Shown here in pieces: positions 13,086-31,924 of a DNA stretch of 64,000 nucleotides. The notes under the pieces were generated by a model. That model did not search any database, was not told where the DNA came from, and was given only the letters and a program-made list of their open reading frames with translations. How positions within the stretch are numbered: the first letter of the stretch is position 1; every line of letters begins with the position of its first letter. The position numbers were made by a program, and so were the translations under genes. This DNA comes from the human T2T-CHM13v2.0 reference genome, Homo sapiens. The stretch lies in the NCBI RefSeq assembly GCF_009914755.1, contig NC_060932.1; one strand, 5' to 3'.

Positions 13086-16000
13086 GTTATGTCTTTTAAG
13101 TGATGGACACAGTGATATGTCACAATGATGTCTGTTGGTATGGTGCAGGATAGAATGTAACATCACCTAGGTGTAGGATCCAGAGATGTCACAATTCTTA
13201 CTGAGGGAAGGGCCCAGGCAGAAGAGTCACATCACTTCAAAGTTGGCCCAGGTAGATATCAAAATCCCACAGGTATGCTGGAACCACTCTGAAAAGTAAA
13301 ATCATGCAGGTACTTGGCAAAGATTCATATCACAGTCACAGTGGAATAAAATCCTAGGCATTAGATTTACAATACCACACATGTCCTGTTTTCATGTAGG
13401 ACTGTTACCTTCATCCAACTGTGATGGTAAAAGTCCTTATTGTCAGCTGGGTGCATATACAAGATGCACAATTTCCTCTGTGTGCTAGGCCTTGTAATGA
13501 CACTCTCTACACAACCCAAGGGTGTTATAAAATATGTGTGAGTGTTGTAATCTTCTGTGACCTTTTTACCAGAAGGGGATAATGGACATCACTCATGTTC
13601 CTAAACCTAGTTACAGAAGTCAAAATTCCTCCTATTGGCTGGGCCCACATATGAGAGTCATTATCATGCCTGTAAGCTGTGCCTAGGTATATGTCACCAT
13701 CCACTCTGTGGATATTAAACAGGCAGGACAACCACATCATGTAAATCCAAAGCCAGAAATATTCCAATATTCTCTTCGTAGTCAGGGCCCTAACAGAAAA
13801 TTCACAAAACTTGGGTGCTAGGTCAAGCTCTATGGCATAATGCCCCTTGTGGATTGTGTCCAGGCAGGAAAGGAGAGCCATATTACCTAAATGATGGGCC
13901 CAGAGATATGTAACAATGCATCCTGTTGCCAGGGCCCAGGCAAGAGGGTCATGTCATTTGGATTCAGTGTTTAGAAATGCTGCAATTACCAAAGGAAGCA
14001 GGGTACAGGTAGGAGAGGAGAGTCATGTAACCTAGATGATGGATCCAGAAATATATTACAATCCCCCCAGAGGACATTGTTAAAATAGCACAGTCAGATC
14101 ACCAAGGTACTTGGCCCAGGTATTTGTCAAAATCTGATTTGTGTGCTATACCTAGGCAGAATTATTAAATCACTCAGGAGCTGGGCAAAAGTATATGTCA
14201 CAATTACACTTGTGGGAAGATTTAAAAATAAGAGTCACCATCCTGCACATGTCCTGGCCCCAGGCATATGAGTTCTTATTAGGCTTTTGTTAGGGTCTTA
14301 GGTATATGGAACAATATCACCTGTGGCCAGAGAGAAGGCAAGAAAGTCACATCACCTATATGGGTATGGGTCCAGTGAGATGTCATAATCCACCTTGCAG
14401 CCAGGACCCCGGCAGAAGTGTCGCATCACCTGGATGCTGGTTTCAGTGACATCTCAAAACCCCCTCTGTGGCCAGGACTTTGGAAAGATAGGAGATTCAC
14501 TTCACCTAGGCAATTGGCCTATATATATGTCACAAAGACCCTTATGTGCAGTACCACAGCTGGAGAGTGATCTCACATTGGTGCTGGGCCCAGCAATATG
14601 TCACAATCTACCCATAATCCAGGCCCAGGAAAAGGTGAAGAAACATCACCTAGGTGCTGAGCCAAGTGATATGTTACAATGCTTCCTTTTGGCAGAACGC
14701 AAAAAGGAGAATCACATCACTTGGGTGAAGTGCTGAGTTATGTGTCACAATGCAGGGCCAAGGCAGTAGAAAGGAGTCACATCACTTACATGATAGACCT
14801 AGATATAAGACACAATTCTCTTTGTAGGCAGGTTTCAGGCAGTTAATTCACATCACCTGGGTGACAGTCCCAGTGATATATAAAAGTGACCTTTGAAGAC
14901 AGAGCCAAGGAAGGTGTTATATATTACTTAGGTGCTTGTTCCACATATGGCACAATTTTATCTGTGGTCTTGGCCTAGAAAAGAGAGTCAAATTATTCAT
15001 GTGCTGGCAAAGTTACCTGTCCCAATCACACTCTCAGAAAGGTTCAGAAATAAGTTTCACATCCCACACAAGTCCTGGCTTCGTGTATGTGAGTCAACTC
15101 TCTCTATGAGTTGGGTCGAAGTAGAGGAGTCACAGTCTCAACAATGGGCAAGTTCCATGTATAAGATGCCCAAACACCCTTGAAGACTGTGTTCCATTAA
15201 GGGAGTCACAGCACCACAGGTGTGCTGAATCACGGTTCAAATGTTACCAAACCACCTGTGAATCAGATCCATGCAAGAGAGTAATTATTTCAACCTTCAA
15301 CTGCTTTTTATGTGTGAGATTTAGTACCAAATTCCTAGACCCTGTTCATGTGTGAGAATGGTAATCATATCAGCTTGGTGTACATAAAAGAATCACATTC
15401 TCACCTGGTTGCTGATCTCTGTTATGACACTCTTTATACCGTTAAGAATTTATATGATATACCTAAGCGTTATAATCCTCCCTGAATTTTATATAAGTGA
15501 AAAACCCAGGACTTTACCCATGGCCATGAGACTGACTATGAGACTCAAAATATCTCTACTGACTGGGTCCTGGCATGGGAGTTATTATTACGCATGTGTG
15601 CTTAAGCCAGGTATATGTCACAATTTCATCTGTGAGCAAGGACAAGGCAGGAGAGGCACATCACCTGGGTACAGCATCAAACAGTATGTCACCAAGCCCA
15701 CTACAGACAGGGTAGAAGTAAAAGAGGAGAGTCACTCCACCTAGGTGCTAGGCTCTGCAATTTGTATTAATCCCATCTCTTGGCAGAGTCTAGAATATGA
15801 AGGAGAGTCACATCACCTAGGTTTTGCAATCAGTGGTAGGCCACAATTTGTTTGCTGAGCAGGACCGAGGCAGGAGAGGAGAGTCACATTACCTAGATGT
15901 TAAGTCAAATGATATTTCACAATGTCCCCTGGGGGCAGGGCACAGGCAGGAGAGACAAATCACCTAGCTTATAGGCCCAGAGATATGTGATAATATCCCC

Positions 16001-19000
16001 TGTTGGCAGGGTCCAGGCAGAAGAGTCACATTATTATGATTCTAACCCAGTGATATGTCACAATGCAACCATGCAAAGAAATTTAAGCCAAAAAGTCTCA
16101 ACACCAGGGTACTAGGCCTAGTAATATGCCAACTATCCTAGTCTTCGATGGTGACACCATTAACAGTGAACTGGGCATGTATATGAGAGTTACAATCTCA
16201 TGTGTTTCCTGGGCCATTGTATGAAGGTTTTATACAGCATGCATGAGAGTTGCAAACCACTCTAAGGCCTACATGCTCATATAGATTTATGATCTTACAC
16301 ATTGCCATAAACCCAGGTATAATAGTCAACATCTCTTCTGTAGGCTGTGTTCAGGGAGGAGACCCATTATTATGCCTGTGAGCTGGGTCCAGAAATGAGT
16401 CACCATCACACCTGTGGCCAGATCCACATATGAAGGTCACAATTCCAACTTTTTACTATATTCACTTGTTAGACTCAGGACCTTAACAGTGGGCTTTGGA
16501 CATGTGGGATGGTGACAACATTTGCTTTCACCTGGGTGAAATCAAATCAAGGGTCCTAATCTGAACTTTTTGCTGGTCCCTGTCATGAAACTCTCTCTAC
16601 CACGCAAGGAGTTTGTACATTACGAGTTAGTGTTGTAAGCTTCTGTGAGCTTGGTAAAAATATGCATCCCAGGACCTTACCTATTGCCCTAAGCCTAGCG
16701 ATGAAAGGCAAAATATCTCCTATTGGCTGAATCTCAATATAAGTTTGACCATCATGCCTGTGAATTGAAGTAAGGTATATGTCAGAGTCTCATTTGTGCA
16801 AAGAACTAGGCAGGAGGGTAACATCACTTAGGTGCTAGACCAAACAACAAGTCACAATGCCCTCTCTAGGCAGGGTATAAGAATTAGAGTCCCATTAACT
16901 GGGTGCTGGACTCAGCAGTATGACACTATGACACATGTGGGGAAAAAAAAGCCAGGGGATGAGAGTCAAAACACCTACAGAATGGGCCCAGGATATGTCA
17001 AAATACCTTCTGTGGCTCTGGCACAGGCAGGAGAGTCACTTTAACAGGTGCTGGTCCCAGCAATATAACATAATTTACTCTATATTCAGGACCAAGGCAA
17101 AAGGGTAACATCTGGGTTCTGGACCCTGCAATAAGTCAAAAATTCTATTTGTGGACATGGTTTGAGAAGAAAAGGAGAGTCAAATAACCTGAATGCTTGG
17201 CTCAGCAATATGTCACAATCCCCCATCATAAAGACCAGGCAGAAGAACAGAGTCACTTCACTTAGGTCATGTGCTCAGAGATATATCCCAGTGTCCCCAG
17301 TAGTCAGAGCCCAGGAAGAAAAGGAGAGTCATATCACCTACGTGCTTCCCTAGTTATATGTCCTAATCTAACAGGTGGGCAGAAGCCAGGCAGGAGAGCC
17401 ACATCACCTGGGTATAGACTCAAGTAATATGTCATCCTGCCCAGTGTAGACAGGTTTAAAGAAAAAAAAGAGAATCACACCACCTGGGTGCTAGGCTCAG
17501 CAATGTGTAATAATTCCCACTCTTGGCAGAGGCCAGGACAAAGAGGAGAGTCATGTCACCTAGGTTTTTCACTCAGTGGTATGTCCCAATTTCTTCAGTG
17601 GGCAGGATCCCAGGGAGGAGAGTCACATTACCTAGATGTTATATCTAGTGATGTGTCACAGTGTCCCCTGTGGAAAGAACACTGGCAGGAGAGACATATC
17701 ACCTAGCCAATAGGCCCAGAGATATGTGAAAATATCCTCTGTTTGCAGGGCCCAGGCAGAAGAGTCACAATCTCATGATTCTGACACAGTGATATGCAAT
17801 AATGCCCTTATGGAAAGGAATTTAAACCAAAAATCTCAATACTGGGGTACTAGGCCAAGGGATATGACACAATCTTCTCTGCTTTCAGAGTGACACCATT
17901 AACAGTTAGCTACTTGTATATATGAAAGTCACAATCTCACATGTGTGCTGGCCATTGTATGACATTCTCTACAACATCTGAGAACTGTATGCAACATGCA
18001 TGAGTGTTGTAAACCTTTCTATGGCCTATGTGCTTATATAAACTTTTGATTTTACATATCGCCCTAAACCCGGGTATGACAGTCAACACCTGCCTTCAGG
18101 GATGAGACCACTATTATGCCTGTGAGCTGAATCTAGAAATGAGTCACCATCCTTCCTGTGGCCAGATTCACTTAGGAAAATCATAATTCCAACTTTGAGA
18201 TTTATTCACTTGTTAGACTCAGGACCTCGACAATGGGCTTTGTAAATGTAGGATGGTAACAACTTTTACTTCTAGCTGAATGTGTTGTCCAGAGTCACAG
18301 TCTTCACTTTTTGCTGGGTTCTGTTATGAAACTCTATGTGCCATCCACTAAGTTTTATAATATGAGTTAGCGTTGTCAACTTCTGTGAGCTTTGTACAAA
18401 TATGCAACGAAGGACCCTACCTATTGACCTAAACCTAATAGTGAGAGGAAAAATATTCCTGTTGGCTGAATCCCAATATGAGCTTGATCATCATGCCTTT
18501 GAACTGAAGCAAGGTGTATGTCATAAACCCATTTGTGGGCAAACAACTAAGCAGAAGGTTAACATCACTTAGGTGCTGTGCCAAGCAATATGTCACAATG
18601 CCCTCTCTAAGCAGCGCCTGGGAAAGAGGGTCATATTAACTAGGGGCTGGAGCCAGCAATATGATACAACCACACATGGAAGAAGCCCAGCAAATTGATA
18701 AGAGCCAAAACGCCTACAGAATGGGCCAATGATATGTAAAAATACCTTCCCTGTCTCTGGTACAGGCAGGAGACTCACATCATTAAAGTGCTGGTCCCTG
18801 AAATACAGCAGAAGTCCTGCTCATGGGCATTGTTCAGCAACAAGATGAGAGTCACGTTACCTAAGTGCTGGGCTCAACAATATGTCATAATCTTCCCATT
18901 GTAAAGGCCTGGACAGAAGAAGAGAGTCACATTACTTAGGTCATGGTCTCAGAGATATGGTCCAATGTCACCAGTAGGCCAGGCTCAGGCAGAAAAAGAG

Positions 19001-22000
19001 AGTCATAACACCTAGGTGCTTCTTTAGTTATATGTGGGCAGAAACCAGGCTGAAGAGCCACATCACCTTGTCCTGGGTCCTGAGATATTCTCAAGCACCC
19101 CTTAGAAAAGGACCCAGGCAACACAGTTACATCACCTAGGTGCAGGTTCCACCCTTATGTCACAATGCTCCATGTGGGCAGGGCCAAGCAGGAAGTCACA
19201 TCACCTAAGGGATAGGCCCAGAGATGTCACAAAGCCTTTCTTAAAGGAAGGCCCTTGTAAAAGAGTACAATCACATTTGTGCCTGGCCTAGCAATGTGTC
19301 ACTATTCAAGTAGGCAGGTCCCAAGCAGAAGAGCCATATCACCTACATGATAGACCCTGTGATATGTCAAAATGCCCTCTTTTGGGCATGGCCCTGGCAA
19401 AAGAGTATCATCACCTGTGTGCCTGGCCTAGGAATAGGTCGCTATTTTGCACTTTGTGTAGGGCCCATTCCAGAGAGGAGAGTTATGTCTTTTAAGTAAT
19501 GGACACAGTGATATGTCACAATGATGTCTGTGGTCATGGCACAGGCAAGAGTGTACCATCATCTGTGTGCTTGGATCCATTGATGTCACAATTATTACTG
19601 AGAGCAGAGCCCCAACAGAAGAGTCACATTACTTCAATTTTGGCCCAGGTAGATATAAAAATCCCATAGGTAAGCTGGAACCAGTCTGAGTAGTGAAATC
19701 ACACTGGTGCTTGGCAAATATTTATACCACAGTGATGATGAAATAAAATTCTAGGGATTACATTTACAATACCATACATGTCCCATTTTCATGTATGACA
19801 GTTGCCTTCGTCCATCCTGTTTTTATGTATGACAGTTGCCTTCATCCATATGTGATGGTGAAAGTACTTGCTGTCAGCTTTTTGGTTATTAAACAGACAG
19901 GACAACCACATCACCTAAATCCTAAGCAAGAAATATTCCAATATTCTCTGTGTAGGCAAGGCTGTAACAGAAAAGGCACAAAACTTGGGTGCTAGGTCCA
20001 GCACTATGGCATAATACCCCGTGTGGGGAGTGTCCAGGCAAGGGACGAGAGTCATACCACCTATATGATGGTCCCAGAGATATGTCACAATGCCTCCTGT
20101 TGAAAGGGCCCAGGCAAGAGAGTCATGTCATTTGGATGCTGTGCTTAAATCCTCCTTGTGGCCAGGACCCTGTAGAAAGAGTCACATCACCTGCATGCTG
20201 TTTTCCATGACATATTTAAATCCCCTCTGTGGGCAAGGCTTGGCAGGAAAGGACAGAAACTTCACCTAGGCAATTGGCCTGGATATATGTCACAATGGCC
20301 CCTATGTGCAGGTCCAAGGCAGGAGAGAGATCTCACTTTAGTGCTGTGTTCAGCAACACGTCACAATCTCTCCGGTGGTTAGGACCTAGGCAAGACAGAA
20401 GAAACATCACCTATGTGTTGAGCCAAGTGATATATTACAAAGTTTCCTACTGGCAGAACCCCATCCAAAAAGGAGTCACATCATCTGGGTGCAGTACCCA
20501 GTTATGTGTCAAAATACACCATAATTGCATGGCCAAGGCAGTAAAGGAAGTGACATCACTTATGTGATGGACCTAGATGAAAGCCACAATGCTCTTTATA
20601 GGCAGGGTTCAGGTCAAGATTTTACATCAGCTGGGTGCTGGCCCCAGTGATATGTAAAAGTGCCCTTTGTCGCATTGCCAACGAATGTGTATATGCTTAG
20701 GTGCTTGGTGCACACATGTCACACTTTCAACTGTGCTCTGGGCCTAGAAATGAGAGTCAAAACACTCAGATGTTGGGCAAAGTCATACTTTTCAATCACA
20801 CATTTGAAAATGTTCAGAAACAAGTTTCACAGTCCCGCACAAGTCCTGGCATCAGGTATGAGTGTCCACACCGCCTATGAGTTGGGTGGAAGTACAAGAG
20901 TCACAGTCTCAACAATGGGCAAGATCCATGTATAAGAGCCCCAATCCCACTTGAAGATTGTGTTCCAGTTGGGGAGTCAAAGCACTACAGGTCTGCTGAT
21001 TCATGGTTCAAACATCACCAAACCACCTGTGGATCAGATTCTTGTATGAGAGTAACAATTTCAAGCTTCGACTGCTTATGTGTGTGAGACATAGTACCTC
21101 ATTTGTAGGCTCTGTTCATGTATCAGAATGACAATCATGTCAGCTGGGTGTGCATCCAAGAGTCACAATATCATCTGGTTGCTGGTGCCTGTTATGACAC
21201 TCTTTGTACCACTCAGGCTTTATATGATATGCTTGAGTAGCACTGTGAATTCTTACAGATGGGAGATCCAGGACTTTACTCATGGCCGTAAGACTTTCTA
21301 TGAGTGTTGAAATATCTCCTCTGGGTTGATCTAGTTACGAGAGTTATTATTGTGATTATGAGCTGCATCCAGGTGTATGTCACAATTTCACCTTTCAACA
21401 GAGACAAGACAAAAGAGTCATCATCATCTGCTGAGCCAAAGATACATTATAATCTCCTTTGTAGGCAGGACCCAGTCAGAAGAGTCATATCACTTGGGTG
21501 CAGTCACAAATAATATGTCATTATACCCACTGTATACAGTGCTGAAAAAATACTGTATAGTCACATTTCCTACGTGCTAGGCTCAGGAATATGTTATAAG
21601 CCCCTCTCTTGGCAGAGTCCAGCACAAAGGGAAGAGTCATATTATGTAGGTTTTGCACTCAGTGGTATGTCACAATTTCCTTAGTGGGCAGGATCCTGGC
21701 AGGAGAGGAGAGTCACATTGTGTAGATACTATATCTAGCGATATGTTACAGCATCCTCTGTGGGCAGGACACTGGCAGGAGAAACACATCACCTAGCTGA
21801 TAGGCCCAGAGATACATGATAATATCCCCTGTTGACTGGATCCAAGCAAAGAGTCACGTTGTTATGATTCTTACCCAGCAATATTTCACAATGTACTCTT
21901 GGGAAAGATTTTAAGCCAAAAATTCTCAACACTTAGGGGTACTAGCCCTAGTGATATGACACAATCTCCTTATCTTTTAGGGTGACACCTTTAACTGTTA

Positions 22001-25000
22001 GCTTGGTATGTATATAAGAGTCACAATCTCATGTGTGTTCTGGGTCATTGTATGACACACTCGGCAACATCTGAAGGCTTTATGCAACATGCATGAGAGT
22101 TGCAAAATCTCTGAGGCCTACATGCTCATATGGACTAACAATCTTACATATTGCCCTAAGCCCAGTTATGATAGTCAATATCTCTCTTTAAGGCTGGGTT
22201 CAGATTGGAGACTCATTATTATGCCTGTGATCTGGGTCCAGAAATGAGTTACCATCTCACCTGTAGCAAGATCCACATATGAAAGTCACAATTCCATCTT
22301 TGTTCTTTATTTACTTGTTAGACTCAGGACTTCAACAGTGGGCTTTGTAAATGTGGGATGGTGATAACTTTTGCTCTCAACTACATGTATAATCAAGAGT
22401 CACAATCTTAACTTTTTGCTGGGCCCTGTTATGAAACTCTGTGTACCAACCAAGGAGTTTACAGAATATGAGTTAGTGTTGTAACCTTCTTGAGCTTTGT
22501 ACAAATATGCAACTCATAAACTTATCTATTGCACTAAGTGTAGCGATGAGAGACAAAATATCTACTATTGGTGGAATCCCAGTTTAAGTTCGATCATCAT
22601 GCCTGTTAACTGAAACAGTGTAAATTTCATAATCCCATTTATAGGAAAATAACTTGGCAGGAGGATAGCGCAACTTAGGTGCTGTGCCAAGCAATATGTC
22701 ACAATGCCCTCTTTAGGCAGGTTCTACATTAACTGGGTGCTGGATTCAGCAATATGACACAATCCCAAATGAGGAAAAAAGAAACACAGACAAATGATAA
22801 GAGCAAAAACACCTACAGAATGGGCCCAACATATGTAAAAATATATTCTGTTGCTCTTGCACAGCCAGGAGAATTGCATCATCAGGGTAGGAGTCCAACA
22901 ATATGCCATAATCTCTCTTTAGGCAGGACCCAAGCAGAAGAGGAGCATCATCTGGGTGCTGGGTCCTGCAATATGTCAAAATTCCTTTTCATGGGCATGG
23001 TTCAGGAGAGAAAGAAGAGTCATATTACCCAAGTATTGGGCTTAGTAATATGTCATATCACCCCATTGTAAAGGCTCAGGCAGAAGAAAAGAGTCACATC
23101 ACTTAGGACATGGGCTCAGATACATGGCTCAATATCCCAAGTAGGCAAGACTCATGCAGAAGAGAATGGTCATATCATCTAGGTTCTTCTCTATGTATAT
23201 GAAACAATCTAACATGTGAGGTGAAAGCAGGCAGAAGAGTCACATCATCTTGATACTGGGTCCTGAGATATGTCACAAGGCTCCCTTAGGACAGGACCCA
23301 GGCCAGAGAGTTACAATAAATAGGTGCAGGTTCTACCCTTATGTCACAATGCTCCATGTGGGCAGACCGAGCAGTGAGTCACATCACCTAAGTAAGTGAT
23401 AGGCCCGAAGATATGTCACAATGTCTTCCTTGAGGCATGGCCCTGCTGAAAGAGTACCATCACCTGTGTATCTAGCCTAGTAATATGTCTCTATCCAGGT
23501 TAGCAATACCGAAGCAGGAGAGCAACATCACCTTGGTGATAGGTCCAGAGATTTGTCACAGTGCCCTCTTTAGGACATGACCCTAGCAAAAGAGTACCAT
23601 CACCTGTGTGCCTGGCCCAGCCATATGTCACTATCCCCCGCTGTATGCAGGGCCCATTCTAATGAGGAGAGTTGTGTCACCTAAGAGGTGGACACAGTGA
23701 TATGTCACAGTGATTTCTGTGGGCATGGCCCAGGAAAAATGTGACATGACCTGGGTGCTGGATCTAGTGATGTGTCATGATTTTCTCTGAGAGCAGGGCC
23801 CAGGCAGGAGAGTCACATCACCTAGAGGTTGGCCCAGGCAGATATCACAATAACATATGCTGGCTCTAACCAGTCTGGAGAGTCAAATCACACAGGTGCT
23901 TGGCAAAGATTTATATCACAATCACACTGGTAGAAAATTCCTGGGATGAGATTTACAATACCACACATGTCCTGTTTTCATGAATAACAGTTGGCTTCAT
24001 ATAGTACAGTTGACAGTAAGGACAGTGACAGTCCTTACTGTCAGCTGGGTGTGCATATGGGACTCACAATTTCACCTTTCTGTTGGGTTCTGTCACAACA
24101 TTCTCTGTACAAGCCAAGGGCTTTATAAAATATCTGAGACTGTTATAATTTTCTCTGACCTTTTTTTTACCAGAAAGACATTTAATCAGTTATGTTTCTA
24201 AAGCAAGGTATGAGAGTCAAAATTACTCCTATTTGTGGGGTCCACATATGAGAGTCATTATCATGCCTGTGAGCTGTGCTGAGGTATATGACATAATTTA
24301 CTCTGTGATAATGAAACAGGCACGACAGCTAAATAACATAAATGCTGAGCCAGAAAATTTCCAATATTCTCCTTGTAGGCAAGTTCCTGGCAGAAAAGTT
24401 GCATAACTTTGGGGTATGTCCAGACATATGACACAATGCTCCTTGTGTGCAGTGTCCATGCAGAAGAGGAGAGGCAGGAGAGGACAGTCAGGTAACCTAG
24501 ATGACGGGTCCAGAGACAAGTTACAATCCTTCCTGAGGATATTGTTAAGACAGGAGAGTCAAATCACCAAGTTGCTCAGCTGAGGTAAATGTCCAAATCT
24601 CATTTGTGGGTTGCACCTAGGCAGGATCATTAAATCACCCAGGAGCTGGACAAAGGTATATGTCACAATAACACTGGTGGAAAGTTCCAGGAATGGGAGT
24701 CACCATCGTGCATATGACCTGGCTCCAGGTTTAAGAATCATGATTATTCCTCTTATCTGGTCTCAGGTATATGGCACAATATCATCTGTGGGCAGAGAGC
24801 AAGTAGGAAGGTCACATCACCTGAGTGGGTGCTTGTCCAGTGAGGTGTCTCAATCCTTCCTGTGGGCAGGACCCTGGAAGAAGAGTCACAGAACCTGGAT
24901 GCTGGTTTTAGTGATATATCAAAATTTGCCCCGTGGGCAGGACTTAGGAAGGAGAAGAGACTCACTTAACCTGGGCAATTTGCCTAGATATACATCACAA

Positions 25001-25644
25001 TGGCTGCTATGTGCAATACCAAGGTATGAAAGTGACCCTACCTTGGCGCTGGGTTTAGCAATATGTCACAATCTTCTCTGTGGTCAGGGCAAGGCAGGAC
25101 AGGAGAAACATCACATCACCTGGATTCTGGTCCCAGTGATATGTAAAAGTGCCCTTAGTAGGCAGGCCCAGGCAGCTTATTTTAGGAATGGCCCCTATTC
25201 ACAGAAGAGAGGGCCATGAAAACACACCCATAGCATGGCAGCAGCTATCAGCAGCCATGTCTGATCAAACTGGGTGGGCCACATCTCAAATATGAGTGCC
25301 CATCCCCATCTCCAGAAATGTCACCCTTAACTGCCCTCTGTGTACAGCGTTTCCTGTTCTTCTTTTGGCTGAGTGTCAGTGAATTCTTTCAAACTAGTAA
25401 GGTCATTGTCCTGATAAGTAAATTTTCTCAAAAAAATCACAGGACAGAATTCTCACAGGGAAATATTCAACGTATTTATCGGCCATACTCTTCTCAACTC
25501 ACGAGAATGTAGAAATTATCAGAGAGGAACGCCCTCTGTGTCCAGAAGATAAACAAAAACTATGGCTTCCTATACTGTGTACATTTTCTATTCTCCTAAT
25601 ACAACAGAAGTGGCTTCCATTCTATGAGAAATGGCTGACTTTTA

Positions 25645-25765
25645 AGCAGTACTTGCTGTGTGCCAGTCACTGTACTAAGCAGATGACACATATTTGTTCA
25701 TTAAATCCTCACAAGAACCCTGTGAGATATCATCATTATACTAATTTTACTAATAAGAAATGTGA
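25645..25765 (-). mobile_element. MIR (left part, interrupted by L1)
   Basis: tgtgccagtcactgtactaagc…aatcctcacaagaaccctgtgag…ttttac; continues at 31925-32035. Confidence 0.65.
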
Positions 25766-26789
25766 GGATATTAAGAAATAAAGACCCAGAAGATAGCCAA
25801 ATAGGAACAGCTCCAGTCTGCAGCTTCCAGTGTGATCAACACAGAAGACAGGTGACTTCTGCATTTCCAACTGAGGTAACTGGTTCATCTCATTGGGACT
25901 TGTCAGAAAGTGGGTGCAGCCCATGGAGGGTGAGCCAAAGCAGGGCAAGGCATTGTCTCACTCGGGAAGCACAAGGGGTCAGGGGATTTCTCCTTCCTAG
26001 CCAAGGGAAGCCATGGCAGACTGTACTGGGAAAATCAGGACACTGCCACCTAAACACTGCACTTTTCCAATAGTCATAGCAAAAGGCACACCAGGAGATT
26101 ATATCCCACACATGGCTCAGCGGGATACCCACAGAGCCTTGCTCACTGCTAGTCCAAGATCAAACTGCAAGGCAGCAAGCCTGGCTGGGGGACAGGTGTC
26201 CACCATTGCTGAGGCTTGAGTAGGTAAACAAAGTGGCCAGGAAGCTCCAACTGGGTGGAGCCCACCACAGCTCAATGAGGCCCACCTGCCTCTGCAGATG
26301 CCACCTCTGGGGGCATGGCATAGCTGAACAAAAGGCAGCAGAAACTTCTGCAGATGTAAACGTCCCTGTCTGACAGCTCTGAAGAGAGCAGTGGTTATCC
26401 CAGCATGGTGTTTGAGCTCTGAGAATGGACAGACTGCCCCCTCAAGTGGGTCCCCAACCCCCGTGTAGCCTAACTTGGAGACACCTCCCAGTAGGGGCCG
26501 ACTGACACCTCATACAGCTGGGTGCCCCTCTGAGATGAAGTTTCCAGAGGAAAGATCAGGCAGCAATATTTGCTGTTCTGCAGCCTCTGCTTGCGATAAC
26601 CAGGAAAACAGGGTCGGGAGTGGACCTCCAGCAAACTCCAACAGACCTGCAGCTGAGGGACCTGACTGTTACAAGGAAAACTAACAAACAGAAAGGAATA
26701 GCATCAACATCAACAAAAAGGACATTCACACCAAAACCCCATCTGTAGGTCACCATCATCAAAGACCAAAGGTAGATAAAACCACAAAG

Positions 26790-27812
26790 ATGGAGAGAAA
26801 CCAGAGCAGAAAAGCTGAAAATTCTAAAAACCAGAGTGCCCCTACTCCTTCAAAGATTCACAGCCCCTCGCCAGCAATAGAGCAAAGCGGGATGGAGAAT
26901 GACTTTGATGAGCTGACAGAAGTAGGCTTCAGAAAGTTGGTAATAACAGACTTTTCCGAGCTAAAGGAGGATGTTTGAATCCATTGCAAGGAAGCTAAAA
27001 ACCTTGAAAAAAGATTAGATGAATGGCTAACTAGAATAACAAGTGTAGAGAAGTCCTTAAAGGACTTGATGGAGCTGAAAACCATGGCACAAGAACTACA
27101 TGATGCATGCACAAGCTTCAGTAGCTGATTCGATCAAGTGGAAGAAAGGGTATCAGTGATTGAAGATCAAATTAATGAAATGAGGTGAGAAGAGAAATAT
27201 AGTGAAAAAAGAGTAAAAAGGAATGAACAAAGCCTCCAAGAAACATGGGACTATGTGAAAAGACCAAATATATGTCTGACTGGTGTACCTGAAAGTGATG
27301 GGGAGAATGGAACCAAGTTGGAAAACACTCTGCAGGATATTATCCAGGAGAACTTCCCCAATGTAGCAAGGCAGGCCAACAGTCAAATTCAGGAAATACA
27401 GAGAATGCCACAAAGATACTCCTTGAAAAGAGCAACTCCAAGGCACATAATTGTCAGATTTGCCAAGGTTGAAATGAAGGAAAAAATGTTAAGGGCAGCC
27501 AGAGAAAGGTCGCGTTACCCACAAAGGGAAGCCCATCAGACTAACAGCTGATCTCTCTGCAGAAACCCAACAAGCCAGAAGAGAGTGGGGGCCAATATTC
27601 AACATTCTTAAAGAAAAGAATTTTCAACCCAGAATTTCATATCCAGCCAAACTAAGCTTCATAAGTGAAGGAGAAATAAAATCCTTTACAGACAAGCAAA
27701 TGCTGAGAGATTTTGTCACCACCAGGCCTGCCTTACAAGAGCTCCTGAAAGAAACACTAAACATGGAAAGGAACAAACAGTACCAGCCACTGCAAAAACA
27801 TGCCAAATTATA
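26790..27812 (+). pseudogene. L1 ORF1p, disrupted
   Basis: MERNQSRKAENSKNQSA… and …ENGTKLENTLQDIIQENFPN…; stops and frameshifts. Confidence 0.9.
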
Positions 27813-27876
27813 AAGACCATTGAGGCTAGGAAGAAACTGCATCAACTAATGAGCAAAATAACCAGCTAACATCATA

Positions 27877-31709
<3,833 letters not shown>

Positions 31710-31924
31710 ACAATGAGAACACTTGGACACAGGGCGGAGAACATCACATGGCAGAGTGTGTGGGGTGTGGGGGATGGGGGAAGGATAGCATTAGGAGAAA
31801 TACCTAATGTAAATGATGAGTTAATGGGTGCAGCAAACCAACATGACACATGTATACATATGTAACAAACCTGCAAGTTGTGCACATGTACCCTAGAACT
31901 TAAAGTATAGTTTAAAAAAAGAGA

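Noticed and set aside
24611-25219. 202-aa ORF spanning the satellite end
   Set aside because: Satellite-derived with a non-ATG start and no recognisable domain.
26117-26206. L1 antisense ORF0
   Set aside because: The ATG is present at 26206-26204, but the frame shifts and stops after ~29 codons.
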